A DNA stretch of 62,172 nt, filler included, from Choristocarpus tenellus KU-1152 (GCA_964200185.2; 15 parts of 15 records of this genome joined end to end with filler, not necessarily neighbours in it), one strand, 5' to 3'; counted from the first letter of the whole stretch, positions 1-12,940 are shown. The notes: generated by a model from the sequence alone, not told the origin. Numbers and translations: made by a program.

Positions 1-231
1 ATGACTTACCTATGTATGTATATACCCTTGCGATATGGTTTTCATGCTTCAACAATATCATCTCATCCGACCGTCTCCGTGCTGCTGCAGCATGTACTGC
101 GCGTAAATATCTACAGAATGTGTGATCCGCTGCTGGCATACGATACCTCTAGGATTCCATCCCCCGTCCCTCGTATCCACCTCCAACACATCTCCCATCC
201 ATTTATATTCATATTTGCGCTACTACAACAG

Positions 232-3200
232 GAACGGCACGAACAAAGATAAGGACATGGCTCCAAAGCGAGACTGGGTGATGTCCTGGATAAACTACTG
301 GGCTGATACATACGGGCAGTTCATGCCTCACAAGTCTACAATTGTGATCTACGCCGCAAACAAACAGGTCGGTTTTGCCCTTGGTTGTGGAGAGGTTGGC
401 TGCACCCTGTGTTGGAGTTAGATGCAAACAGTGAGACCCGGCAGTACGTAGAAAAGGTGGATCTCGAATTGTGGATGTTCATTGCTTTGACCCGTCTGAT
501 ATTATGGTTAAGAGAACGTGTCAAGGTTCGTACAAAATACGATCTTTTTCGTTTGCTATGTCGAGATTACAATATTCATGATGATACTCTTCATCGATCT
601 TACGAAGGAAGACACAGCAACTATTATTTTAACGCCGTGTACACCTACTCTGCGGCCCCGGGCCCGGTCTGACATTGGTAGGAAAAGTGTGTACTTCATA
701 TGTCTAAAGCGCTTCGCGATGATGATTATGATGATGGTAGATTCGCCTCCTTTGCCGCTTCTGCAAACGGCAGCGAGGTCCGAACAGAATGGCGCTCATG
801 GCAGATTTACGAAGATCATTGTATTTGCTCTTTTGTAACGCGCGATGAAAGCTTGCTTTATCCTGTCTTTCGCGTTCTCAGTCAAGTTATTGGTCAGCTC
901 GCCTTCGAGAGATCTTGCAGGGGTGTTCTTCGAGTGTTCCTTCTCAATAACTCCTCACTTGCCCACACAACCAACATATTTAATTAGGAGCTATACAAGG
1001 AGTTTTGCAAAGAGGCAATACGAGTGTATCCTGACGACCCTTCCTAGCGGGTAAGCAGGGCGCACTTCCTCCGATTGCTCAGAGAGGACAGGCCCAATAT
1101 CAGGGTGAGGGTAGGAGGCGAGTTTATGAAATGTCACCTATGTGTCACATTAAAAGAGAAGCGGCACAGTGCGCCTGGTGTAAAATCCACGAACGACTCC
1201 ACCGTCCTCGAGTCCATTGATAAGGAGCTATGAGACCAACGAGAGGTTGGTGTCCTCATTTAATTTTGCAACAAGGGTACAGTAACAACATTTCGCCGTC
1301 GTTGCCCTCCATTTCAAGAACATCTGTTTCCTTTTGCAAATGAAGACTCCCACGCAGGTGTTTATGGCAGCAGCAGTAGCCTCACTTGCCGTAAAACTTG
1401 TTGTTATGAGCTGCCCAAACACCTTGTATGATAGAGTGCTTCCTGGTCGAGTACAACGGGCTGTTGGAGGGACAGGTCATGTAGCGGCCTTCCTCCCCCG
1501 TACGTACATACTTCCTACCATCCCGATAACACTGAGTTTGTCTTGAATGCAGCAATATAGCATATCCCACTACAAACATTTATTGTTACCCACAAACCAT
1601 GTTTGTTACTAACTAACCTGATATGTGTTAACAAGTTGCATTTTTTATAAACCCTGAGCAATTTCTGTTTAAACCCTGAGCAGATATATTTGATTAATTC
1701 ACGTGATGTTGCTGTCCCCCATTCGCCAGATTATCCAAGTGGATCGACTGGTCATCGCCAACAGCACCAGCAGCGCCATGCGGGCCAAAGCCGACGGCAA
1801 ACCTCTCTCTCTGCTTCGTGTTCATGTCCGTAGACGCCGCGAACCAGACAGCACACGCCCTCCCAGCACTTTACCCACCTAGCCACGGCGGTGACAGGTA
1901 ACCACACGCACGCATAGTCCATCCAACAACAACTTTGCAGCCGCACGCGGAACAGAATAGGCGACCATGTTTGAGTGAAAGTATCTTAAAGGGTACGAAT
2001 TTTGCCCTGTTTGTCCATTTGGGGATTTGCTTCCCATGGGTTATTTCACGACATTTTCCTACTCCAAAATGTTTAGGAGTAGGTAAAATGAATACGTTAT
2101 GAAAAGGTATGTCCGAAACATAGATATTGAAACTTCCTAACAAACACGGTAGCCAAAATTACATCAACATCGCAACATTATATTTTGACCCCCTAATGGA
2201 CGCGGCTCTACCCTCTAAGATACTTTGACTCTTTTATTCTACGAATGAGTGCAAAGTCCCAAGAAATAATTGCCAAAACAGACGCACATAATTCCACTAC
2301 CTATTTCGGAAACATCATGATGACGACACACCTTTAAACCTTTCTTTACACGTTCCTTTCGTTCATGTCCCCCTTATCAGGGGCTACTCCGAGCGCCAGA
2401 AGATCATGGCCGCACATGTCGAAGGCCAGTTCGCGGAGGTGTTCGTCACTCCTGTCAATCTTGGAGGAGGTACGTATTGTGGGCCGTTGCGAACGATCAC
2501 ATGACTGAATAGATACTAGTTGCGCACGCACCACTTGATTTACCTTCGTGGCGAGTGGACCTGCCATAGGGTAAATCCGTAAGGACGAGTACATCCTTAC
2601 ACGATGTGCCTACAGATACCTCAGGCCTAGTGAACAGTCGATTAACTGATGATGCACTGTGCTCCCCTGCCCTCCTACGCCTCAGCTTAGGGTTAGAGCG
2701 AAAGGAGCGTAAGAGCTAATCAACGAGGAGGAAAACACATAGACATATACATCAGCCATTCCGATGTATGTACTCTACATTGCATAAACCAATTTCATTA
2801 CTCCTCTTATTAGCTCCAAATAAACAATGCGTAAGTAAGCAGAGTACTTTTTGCCAACAGTTGTTGGACATCATCGTTCGCCCAGGTTGTAACCTTGTCT
2901 GCACAGACACACACCTTGCCCCCACAAGGCTTATCGATAAGTACCACAAGAGCCTCGATCACGCGGGGAGTTGCATCATCCAGCACACGCATTGGCAGGT
3001 AAGAAGGTTTCATCTTGACACGACCTACTCAACACATACTCACTGAATATTGGTCACCAAGTAACTAACTGCACGGTCGTAAGTTTTTGTTTGTGTGTTG
3101 CAACCTGCATATATGATGGCGGTGATGTAGAGGTTGCGCTCTAGCACTACTGGAAACATTCCCTGCTCCTCCACGAAACGCGGCAAATTGGGCTGACATA

Positions 3201-4863
3201 TCGGCCTCACGCCTATCCCTCTCTCGCTCCCAACTCCCCAAACTGGCCAGGTCGACAACTGCGTCTCAGAGAACAAGAACAATTTCTTTCTCGGATATAC
3301 GGGGCTGTTGGTCGCGGCGAGTGCCATTCGTGTGGTCGAGATATATTCTATGATGGTGGGGAACACGCACATCAAAATCGATCAGATCTTCTCCAGGTAA
3401 TTAGGCAAGATATGCAAGTTCGATAGTCACATAGTGTTTTTATACGGACAGATACTGCCTTGAGGCTTGCAGCTCACGCTTGTTGCATCCATGGAAGGTT
3501 TATGGTCGTACGCTGTAGTTGATTGATTGGCTTTTGATTTCCCCATAACAAAATTGGACGTTAAGAGCAGCTGCCAAATTTGTTTCGTAACATACTCTCG
3601 AAACAAAACAATAAAAAAAATGAACGCATCACTCCTTTTTATATGCATACTTCCATATACATGCATCTGAGCATGTGCCTGCATATATATCTTGCTTCTA
3701 CACTTCGCTTCTTTCGCCCCCTCCTCAAAATTAACTTGCTTGCATTTCACCTTCAGGTTTTCACGTGGTATAAAAGGCAAGAACATATTCACAAGAACAC
3801 AGCTGGGTGAAGAGCTGCAGGCCTCTTACACGGAGGTTCCAGTATATACTACAAGACCCTACAGAACGAGGGCAACTTTAAGGGACTCCTTCGCGGTCGC
3901 GTCAACCGTGTCCCCAATATCACGACCTACAGGACTTTTCGCGTTGAAAAAGGTGGTGATGGGCGGGTGAAGGTTAGTGCAAAGCGATACATGCACAGCA
4001 CCGAATGGAGTGGGATAGGCGGAGACCTTGCTATGGACCCCAACGCCCCTCTGCACGACCTCTTCATTGGCCACCCACCTCGTATCCAAGATGCACCACC
4101 CTACCAGCTCAAGAGCGTTCCCAAAGACGTCATCCTGAAGGTGGAGCAGCGGTACCAGGCGTCGCACAAGCGCCTCGCTGCTGTGCACCCACTGGGTAAG
4201 TCAATTTTTTCGTGAGGGGTGTAGATAGTAAATTTTTGGTATTGGGTGGCAACCCAATAAAATCTGGTGCAACTTCTGTACGAGGCAGCCCTTACAGCCT
4301 ATAGAAAAAAATCTTGAAAAACATTGCATTCTCATGTGTAGTGATCGTTGCATGTTACGATAATAAGTACCATAGATTACTCCCCATAAATGTGTTGAGG
4401 GTACCGGTCTTGTTCTCAACAGACACGATTCCGACGAAATATACATCCTCCCTCTCACCGCATGCTCCCCGAGCGCATTCGTGAAACCCCGTGCCTGGTT
4501 ACAAAGTAACATTCATGCTTCCATACCGTTGATGTTCTCGTGCTCATGGATTCCACCTTCGCAGACGATGAAGCCGTTCAGAGAGCGAAATACGAGCAAA
4601 GCGAGTCTGTGCGGCTTCTCAAAAAGACAGGGGAACGAGATTTCGACCTCCCAGTCCATTGGTTTCCCACCGATGACGATGGCGCTGTAACTAGTACCAG
4701 CGACGTCGAAGACACCGACCAGGGCGAACATTCGGGTGGAGGAGATAATCTCATCACCGGTGACAATGATCTCGAAGGGCTCGGGAAACACACTCTTCCT
4801 CATCGGACAATGACAAGGAAGAACCTGGCTCCTGTCGACGGGGTTGACCTCATGCTATATTGA
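232..4863 (+). pseudogene. Intron-containing Sola-like DDD transposase, 5'-incomplete and disabled
   Basis: Exons 232-367, 988-1245, 1730-1897, 2381-2469, 2886-2998, 3251-3396, 3757-4195 and 4565-4863 all have GT-AG boundaries with matching phases. The spliced protein reads SWINYWADTYGQFMP...HFLRLLREDRPNIRVRVGGEFMKCHLC...FMSVDAANQTAHALP...GGGCNLVC...WQVDNCVSENKNNFFLGY...MVGNTHIKIDQIFSRFS...NFKGLL...YRTFRVEK...W. This follows the F-x-K-C-x2-C / IDGMDQ / QLDNCxxENKN / GHTHEDIDQxFS motif order of Sola-type transposases. Lesions: TAG 1045-1047, TGA 1231-1233, frameshifts at ~1803-1812 and ~3842-3858. Confidence 0.85.
1973..2231 (-). mobile_element. MITE family A, in intron 3 of the transposase
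   Basis: TIRs GAGTGAAAGTATCTTAAAGGGTA ... TACCCTCTAAGATACTTTGACTC; TTT on both flanks; internal hairpin CATTTTCCTACTCC...GGAGTAGGTAAAATG. Confidence 0.9.
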
Positions 4864-4887
4864 CATCAGGAAACCATGGAAACCTAC

Positions 4888-5014
4888 TGAATATGATATA
4901 AAAATCAATCAACATTATGAGTCAGTACATATAATATATCTGTTACTGGCTCTCCATCCTATTATCTAATCCACCGGTGGTGTCTACGTGTATCAGCAGC
5001 ACTATCTACGAACA
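4888..5014 (+). repeat. 3' fragment of a Copia-like LTR
   Basis: Near-identical to 22527-22653; ends CTACGAACA. Confidence 0.6.
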
Positions 5015-5201
5015 CTCTCCCTTGCTGCGCAGACACTCTACACCCTTAGCATCTACTTCTGTATAAACTTGAAGAAAGAAACAAACTTTTGCTGACTCTC
5101 TCAAAAACAAATGCAATTAATATACCCTAGAATCAAAGTTGACATTGGGTCTGTGTAGGTACAAAAACTCAGTTATCAATTCTAGACCTTTGTCCTACTG
5201 C

Positions 5202-5321
5202 AGCCTCCAGTGGAAATATTATGGGGTACTTTCTCCTGCAATCCTTAGCGATGTCCCATTGCGTCTCCAGTGGAAACATTATGATGTACTTTCTCCTGCA
5301 AGTCCTTAGCGATGTCACATC
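5202..5321. repeat. Two-copy ~60-bp tandem repeat
   Basis: CTCCAGTGGAAAYATTATGRxGTACTTTCTCCTGCAA(G)TCCTTAGCGATGTC occurs twice. Confidence 0.75.
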
Positions 5322-5748
5322 TCATCTCCCACAATCCATGAAATGGCGAGGTCCTTAGCAATACATCCAGCGTCTCGTACAATCAACGAGACCTCCCTGG
5401 TACATCACTAAATCTTCGGAACAAAGTAATATGGTGGAACTGCCATTTCCTACCTATCCTATCACAATCTCTACGAACACATCCTGGGGTGTTTTCTACT
5501 GTGGGTCTTTAGCCAAACCAAAATGCATCTCCCACGATCCTGGAAATATCCCTAGTGTCACGTACGTCTAAAGTGAATACTTGGAAAAAGTAATACTAAA
5601 CGATTGACATACCACTGAAATACCATACACAAAAAAAAGAGGAAAACCTCTCCTTGACTAAAGTCAGTCTGTATACAACATCACAGCTGTCACTTGACTA
5701 CTTTGGGTATGCACCAAAATACACAAGAAAAATAGGGGACAAACTCAA

Positions 5749-5788
5749 GAGTCAAATTATCTAAGAGGGTAGAGCCGCGTCCATTTGG
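5749..5788 (+). mobile_element. MITE family A left end, cut by the contig break
   Basis: GAGTCAAATTATCTAAGAGGGTAGAGCCGCGTCCATTTGG. Confidence 0.85.
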
Positions 5789-5888
5789 NNNNNNNNNNNN
5801 NNNNNNNNNNNNNNNNNNNNNNNNNNNNNNNNTTAATTAATTAANNNNNNNNNNNNNNNNNNNNNNNNNNNNNNNNNNNNNNNNNNNN
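5789..5888. other. Artificial contig linker (first of 14)
   Basis: 44 N + TTAATTAATTAA (stops in all six frames) + 44 N. Identical linkers start at 11794, 15909, 18842, 25017, 28761, 33038, 36484, 39351, 42327, 44957, 52549, 56211 and 58906. Confidence 0.99.
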
Positions 5889-5950
5889 GTGATTCTCTTC
5901 ACCACCCTTGCCTGAGTGAACCACGCCGCCACAGAATCACACGATTCACA
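5889..5950 (+). repeat. Dispersed ~60-bp repeat, probable LTR terminus ending TCACA
   Basis: GTGATTCTCTTCRCCACYCTTGYCTGAGTGAACCACRCCGCCACARAATCACAC recurs at 18069-18130 (+), ~27524-27590 (-) and 42264-42326 (-). Confidence 0.7.
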
Positions 5951-6850
5951 TATGGAATACTACTAATAAAAATAGTGAGAGAATTTTCGCCAATAAATGG
6001 GGAGTTGAAGGGAACTGGGTGACTTGTGACCAGAAAAGTGGATAGATAGGGTCATTAGTAATAGTAGTATGTTGTAATATATAAGAATTTGTGATGACCT
6101 TGTTGACTATTACTGTTCATCATAAATCACATGGACCACCACCCAATGACCAATCCCTACACACTTGTGTTGTTCCAGTGATTGGGTTACTATCCTACAT
6201 ACACTTCCATCCATCCATCCATGATGTAAAAATGATGTTAGACGATTGTCACACTCTTCTTCATAATAATAAATCGCAACACAGAAGACTTAAAAAGAAT
6301 ACCTCTTTTTTTAGTAGTTCAGGAATAGACAGTAGTAGTAGTTCGAACTGTTTGTGGGATTCATAATGATAAATGGTGTATCAGATTTCCATCATTATAT
6401 TAGGGAGTCTTCCAAAAACGTGTTTGGGGGGTTACTGATTGGAAACATACCCTATCATCAGTAACACATTTATTTAATACGGGTTTGGATGGGGTAGTTT
6501 GCAGAAGTATTGTCGTACTAGTACATGGACTAAGTCGGATTTCGCAGAGATTTTGGCGCAACCTCAAAATAACTCATATCATTCAATCCAATTATACATA
6601 ACTTTTAATTCTGAAAAGAGAGGAAGTATATTTTGTGTGACAAAACCCATGAGAAACAAATGTTTTCATACAGAAATGCAATGGTATTAACCATTATATT
6701 TACGGTAGATACTCTCACCAAGTACAAGCACACAGACAGGTGTGTACAATAAATTCAAGTGGAGGGACTTATTTAGACCTGTCCTCGACAAGATACCGCC
6801 AACATGTAGCGGGATTGTGGTCAACAGAGGCATGTTCTTGATGTAGGTCA

Positions 6851-7084
6851 GAGTCAAACTAATTGAGAGGTAGTAGGCAGGCTTGAATTTTTTTGCCCTG
6901 TACTATATAATATATTTCATGGCTTTATGCGCACAATAGTGTACGCAAAATTGATATTCCCCCTTTCCACACACAGTGACACCGCATTAAAGTAAAGACT
7001 CTGCAATTGTACAAAATGGTGTCTTTTGCTCTTTCTTGGGATCCTCAAAATGCAACCTTGCCTACCTCTCAGTTGGTTTGACTC
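6851..7084 (+). mobile_element. MITE family C
   Basis: TIRs GAGTCAAACTAATTGAGAGG(TAG)TAGGCAGG ... CTTGCCTACCTCTCAGTTGGTTTGACTC; TCA on both flanks. Confidence 0.8.
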
Positions 7085-9060
7085 TCAATGAAACACATGA
7101 ACAGAGGAAAATGCTTTTCCCCAGCCAAGCTCCTGTAAGGCACATAATACAGTGTACCTCATGTCCAATGTGGACTGCCGGAATTTCCTCATGGAATGGT
7201 GTTGTCCTGTTCCAGGTAAGCTCCCAGCCATGGTCCAACAATCACGAGAAGTGCTTTGTCAGCATTGGGCAACGGACTTTCACTTGTCAACGTGTTCTTC
7301 AGTACACCCAAGGGAAAGGGGGAACCTTGCCTCGATTGCATTCTCACACACTATACTTTGACTGCTTAACCATACTTTTTTACGTTTCTTTATATCTTTA
7401 AAATACAATCTTGCCTACCTCTCAATTTCTTTGGGTCGATGATGCTGAAAATCAAGTAGTGTAAAAATCATTTTTTTGTACAAATGAATGCAGGATTTTT
7501 TTCTTTATTCTGTTAAAATGTTTTCAACATTTCGGTCATAGAAATAAGGACGAATTGGAATGGATGGAAAGAATGAAAATGCTAAACGGTCAAAACTTGG
7601 GTACATTGGTTTACTTTTCCCCTCATCCTCAAGGTGGGGGTGTATCAAATTATAACGATTGATATTCTATTTACTCCTTCCAACAGAAACGGATCACCGA
7701 ATCGTATCTGTATCGGTTCGCTTCCTTGACCTATTCTCAGAATGGGATCTCTCGTGAGAAGATATGCGTTTTTCTCAACCAACAAGTTTGGGTATCTAGT
7801 CCACCATTCTTGAGGACTGAATTGGTGAGTTTGTTTGTACCAAAAATCCAGTCAGTAGAGGAAGGAGTGACAACCAAGAAAACAGGAAGTATAGCAGCAG
7901 ATTTCAACAGTGTCGCAGCTTCATGACAACAGCACAGCATTTGTTTGAAACTGCTTCAGAAGCACTGCCTCTTCCCACCAGGAATATGTATGTTGCCCCA
8001 AGGGTGGTGTTCAAGTGACCAAGCTCAAATAAGCTTCATGGGTGTCTGGAGGGGAGGAGCAGGAGCAGGCATGGTAACAACAGCGCACAGACCCCCTCAA
8101 AACGCCATCTTTAAGAAGGTGCTAATATTGTCTTGCAAATGGCACAAACTGGTGAGGGCATTCATAACGCAGACGTTCCTTGACACCTACCCAAGGAATA
8201 TGGAAGATCACGTTTGCCGTGGAGATCAAGGTGGTTGCTACCAGCACCTGAAAAGGTTCAGAACAAAACCGATTGAGAACTAGGCAGGGCTGCAATTTAA
8301 GGATCCTGAGAAAGGGGAAAAATTGTCATTTTGTACAAATATGAAAATAGCATTTGCTTAATTGTGGTGCCACTTTGTGTGTGGAAAGGGAGAATATCAA
8401 TTTTGTGCTCACAAGTTTGTACACAAATCAAAGAAATAGGGTATATTGCATGGGGTAAATTAGATTGCTTAGAACTCAAAAGGGTCCATAAACCTGCCTA
8501 CCTCTCAAACGGTTTGGCTCTCAATGAACAGTTGATCAGACAGAGGTTTGTCCTACCACAACCGTGACGAATCTAGCAGGTACTTGAGAGAGCAAGAACT
8601 CATCAAAGAATGTGAGGGTGACACGTTGAAGTGATCTTAAATGCCAGCACAGCAAACCTCATCCGAAGTAGTGATGAATCCCTCAACCAACATTCCACTT
8701 GCCTGGCACTCCCTGATGCAATAATAGACATGGAAGTGGCTGGAACAATCGGTGCCAAGGCAAACTGGAAGGTGATGGGACCAGATGATGATCTTCCGCA
8801 GCGAAAATTCTGAAACTTGACCTCAACAGAGGATGTGTTTTCCTGTAGGGTTTCCACAAGGTTTTCTGTTGGGTGTGTGGGACCAAGGAGATGTGGTGCA
8901 GGTTTGGAAGGAGATTATCTTCAGGAAGAAGGAACGGACAAATTGTGTTAATTTTGGAGGCATCTCATTGATGACACACACACACTTGGAAAATTGTTCT
9001 TAATCAAGGTATTGTTGCACGACGATTGTCATTGGAAAGTTGTCTTCGTGCGAACACTAG
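7085..9060 (-). mobile_element. Highly decayed Ty1/Copia-like pol remnant interrupted by MITEs
   Basis: Minus-strand CACATT(G)GACATGAGGTAC near 7155-7172 reads as an HIDMRY-like RNase H motif; an SSRLW-like segment lies near 8555-8575; many stops. Confidence 0.4.
8261..8520 (-). mobile_element. MITE family C, second copy in opposite orientation
   Basis: Interior is the reverse complement of 6851-7084; right TIR CCTGCCTACCTCTCAAACGGTTTGGCTC; TCA on both flanks. Confidence 0.75.
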
Positions 9061-9594
9061 GCAGGGTAAGGAGTTTTACGTTTCTGGCTCCTTTAAAATC
9101 TACCAGGTCGTGTAACTTCAACATTATAAACACATCCACTCATTGTTGGGTTTAGATGCTGCAATAGGTAGGTGGATCAGTGAAGTTTTTGCCAACTCTG
9201 CACAACATACATCTTACTCAATAATACCGCAACGGGCTGATGATATAACTTTATGTTTGTCTCTATGTTTTAAAGCCATCCTGCCCCTTGTTCATTCGGC
9301 ATTGCACGTTCCATGTGTAGTTTTCAAATGTTGGCGTTACCCACACAACATACAGTTGGAGTGGAGGAGTCTTTGTTTTGGTAGTGTTTCTGTTGATAAA
9401 GGTTGAGGTGTTGTTAGAGAGGAAGAATCATAAAATGTGTTACGCATTGAACTATTGTTTTTGTATTGGGTAGAGGATACGGGGTCGTATACAGGTAAAC
9501 ATTTTGAAATTTGGAAATAGGTCAAGACACCAAAATCAAGACCAAGGACATTCGGAGTACAGACAAGTCGAACAAAGATAGAACCTTCGGTACT

Positions 9595-11335
9595 ATGAAT
9601 GCCCAAGAGGTCATCGCAAGGCCCCTGGACATGATACGAAATGTTGAGCTAGGGTCCAGTGCCGACGAGGAAGTCGATGGGGATGGTTCTGACCCCGTTC
9701 AACGAGCATTTGATGAGTTGCTGTGCCAGGCTTTCCCCACAGGAGAAGTAGTGCTTGAAAGAGTGCCTGTCCTATCTAAGCAGGCCTTGCTAACCGGAGT
9801 TCTATCAGCAAACTCATTGGTTCGCTACAGGGGTATGATTCAGGACATGTACGATCCTGAGTACTTCGTAGGATCGTATGATGAGGTAGAGTCAGCAACT
9901 GGGAGGAGGACACGGTTCATCTCGAAGTATACAGAATCTCTGGCGACTAGACCCGGCTTCGTAAACGACTACGAGGGTCCGGAAGTAAAGACTATGGAAC
10001 GGTGAGTGCAGTGCGTTGTGTATCTGTTTTTTCGTTCTATATACTTTTGCGTGAAGATCGTATGTGTGCCCTCTACACACCCGTCCCTCCACTCTGAATC
10101 ATTGGCAAGCGCAAACTCATGTTCGCCTTGCTATGCCGGTATAATGGTCCACCTCGGGCTATAGTATCATATACATATTACTGCAATAACGGGACCCCAA
10201 ATTTCGACTTATCTACTGTGTCACCAATGGAACTAGAAATGGATTACGCGACAATACTCCCTTCGAATTTCCTGCATCGACCTTATCACCTAACCACTAA
10301 GCACCACCAATGCCGAACTTCCTCAATCTCTATCCTGTTCGTTGTACAGTCTTCCCTTGTTTTGTGTGCCTGTACCAGGACTTTCTCCTTGGGCGGTACC
10401 CCCGCCAGGACGCTCTGTGGAAGTTGTCAGCACCGAAAATGGTGCAGTATCAAACAAGCGGGCGCGGGACTCTGATGACTACAGAATGGATTATACAATA
10501 AATGAGGTTGTTCAAATACATCTTCTTGGTCCTGAGTGTGGCCCATTACTCATGCGCATTCCCATTGCCTTGAACCTGTCCCGTACTAATGTATCATCAG
10601 GGCAAGCGTCTCTGCACTATATTTGTCGTCTCGTACTTCTAAAGTTACATCAATGTTATCGCTCTAAATGCTACAACAAGTTGCACACCAGCCACTATCC
10701 CTGTATGCATTAAGATAGACCTTCCCCTTCCATGAAATACCCATTTGTGTGGCCTCTTTTCCTATCCCCTCCCTGATCAGCTTCTTTTTATAACATTGTT
10801 GATCAGGACAGCACTGGTTTGGAAGTGTCCAAGCCAGAGTCTGGAGACAGCGATCCTTGTATTCCAACCCCCACGCCCTCCTATCACCGGCACAACAAAA
10901 TAATATGCTTATCGCCTGAGAGTGTCCAGACACCTTCAAATGATCCAGGCATTGAGGGAGAGGATTCCCAAAGGGGTGGGGTTGGGGGGGTTAGAGGCAC
11001 TGATACTGTGAGCACCAACTTCCATCAAGAGCTTGAACTCGAAGATCTTGCTTGCCTAGTGAAAATGTATGGGTTGAAAGAGGGGGAGCTGAAGCTTAAT
11101 GACACGGTTGATTTCGTGGGTGTACTGGTGTACGACCAGGCACTTCCACCACAGATGTTAGGTGGTGTTTGTCACAGCCACTCTAGTGGTACTGGTGGCC
11201 AAGATGTTGTCTCTGGGGGGAGTGCAGGGCACAATGAGTTGGAGAAGAAAATCCTGGCCAATCGGTTTGAAGGCCTCGAGGACTTCTCAAGACAGGTTCC
11301 CCCGGCAAGTTTGGCACCTCGCCTGCACTGCGTAT
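9595..11335 (+). CDS. MCMBP: Mini-chromosome maintenance complex-binding protein (MCM-BP/ETG1), first three exons, 3'-incomplete
   Basis: Exons 9595-10001, 10350-10506 and 10807-~11335 with consistent phases; motifs LVRYRGMIQDMYDPEYF, ERLPLFCVPVPG, CLVKMY...LKLNDTVDFVGVL, PPASLAPRLHC. Confidence 0.9.
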
Positions 11336-11760
11336 GTGAGTGCTTTTCTTCATGTACTTGGTCTTTGGTGGGGTACCCTCCCACCTTTATCCAATCACCT
11401 GTTGCGCGATGCGGATTACACAGCACAACCATAGGAAATTTATGAGATATCTTAGTTGGTGTATGAAGTGAATCGGGAGAGGGTGATGGGGTGCTCTACA
11501 ATCACCTGAGACAATATTTTCTTTTTCTAGCATTTCTCGGCACTTGAGTATGCTTCACATGTTCCGCTCCACCGTCACTGGCAAAGGAAACCTCTGAGCC
11601 AGACGTAATCACCGTCCCAAGCTACATTAAACTCACCCCTTTATTGCGAGGAATCTCTACTTTCTTCCCATCATCAATGCTCCTCACCTGCCCATCCACA
11701 CACCAAATGGTAACATTTCTATGCCCCACACCCCCCTGCTGCTCCCCCCCACCCCCCCCC

Positions 11761-11793
<33 letters not shown>

Positions 11794-11906
11794 NNNNNNN
11801 NNNNNNNNNNNNNNNNNNNNNNNNNNNNNNNNNNNNNTTAATTAATTAANNNNNNNNNNNNNNNNNNNNNNNNNNNNNNNNNNNNNNNNNNNNATGGGGG
11901 AGAGGC

Positions 11907-11962
11907 GGGGTGGGGTGGGGTGGGGTGGGGTGGGGTGGGGTGGGGTGGGGTGGGGTGGGGTG
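11907..11962. repeat. (GGGGT)n microsatellite
   Basis: About 11 GGGGT units at the contig start. Confidence 0.95.
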
Positions 11963-12940
11963 AGAGAATAGAATGAAAGAGGTTTGTCGATTTTTGTGAC
12001 TTCATTCTTTTGGTATGTCCAATGCGTTGCAACAAAATGACATTGTGTGTCCTTGGTTCGGTGAGTACCTTTTGCTGTTTTGTGGAAACGTGATTGAGCC
12101 AACAGGATCAGGTTGGCTTTGGGATTTTGAGTCTTTTCTGTGTCCGACCAACATAGAAGTAGTGATAAGTATGTATTTTTTTTAGCTTTATTTTTGCAAC
12201 ACCTGAGTACCCGTAGGTAATGCACCTTCTGACTTTGTCGCTCCACTTCTTGCTGAACAGTGTAATCCAGTCTCTGTTGGTCGGGGCACATTGTGCATTT
12301 GATAACAAGTGTGATGCTCCCAAAATGTACTATTGCCATCTATTGTGTGCCATATTTTGATATATTTCCGGTGGGTGGGGGATTGTCAATGGCCGATTCA
12401 TGTTCCTCAATCACCACTTTAAAAGGCGTACCATTGGCTGTGGACCAAGTTTCTGGATGCAGAGCCCCACCTCAAGCCTCTCTTCAATGTCAAGCAACAG
12501 GGCAGTCTGCCAATGAAGGTCAGCTTGCCCCTGCAAAGCAAATGTAGCTAGCAAGAACCAAGGGTGGCTAGAGATGAAGAGTTATTGAACAATGTCAATA
12601 GAAGTATGGGGAAATGAGCAAGGGGAGGGAGGGGGCAGCAGTTGACTTGCTATGCAACTGCTAGCTCCTGTTGTAAGGGACTCGGAAGCATTATGTCTTT
12701 CTCTCTTTGTCAGTCTTTTCACACTTGGGAATACACATCATTGGACCTGGAGGATGACATGACCGTAGGACAAGAACAGAGAAATAGTACAGCCTCAGAC
12801 TGCTCAATCATCCTACTCTGCCGTTTTTCGTGTGGACTCTCATGCCCCGTTGTTGAGTGAGTTTGGCTGTCAACACATGTGTTGGTTTTACCTTTGCGCC
12901 CTTTTCATTGAACTTTCTTCCACAACTGTTGGCGTTGCAG

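Noticed and set aside
1973-2231. MITEs as introner elements
   Set aside because: They sit inside existing introns or intergenic DNA and their ends do not coincide with splice sites.
5833-5844. Regularly recurring TTAATTAATTAA palindrome
   Set aside because: Assembly linker with stops in six frames, always centred in 88 Ns; not biological.
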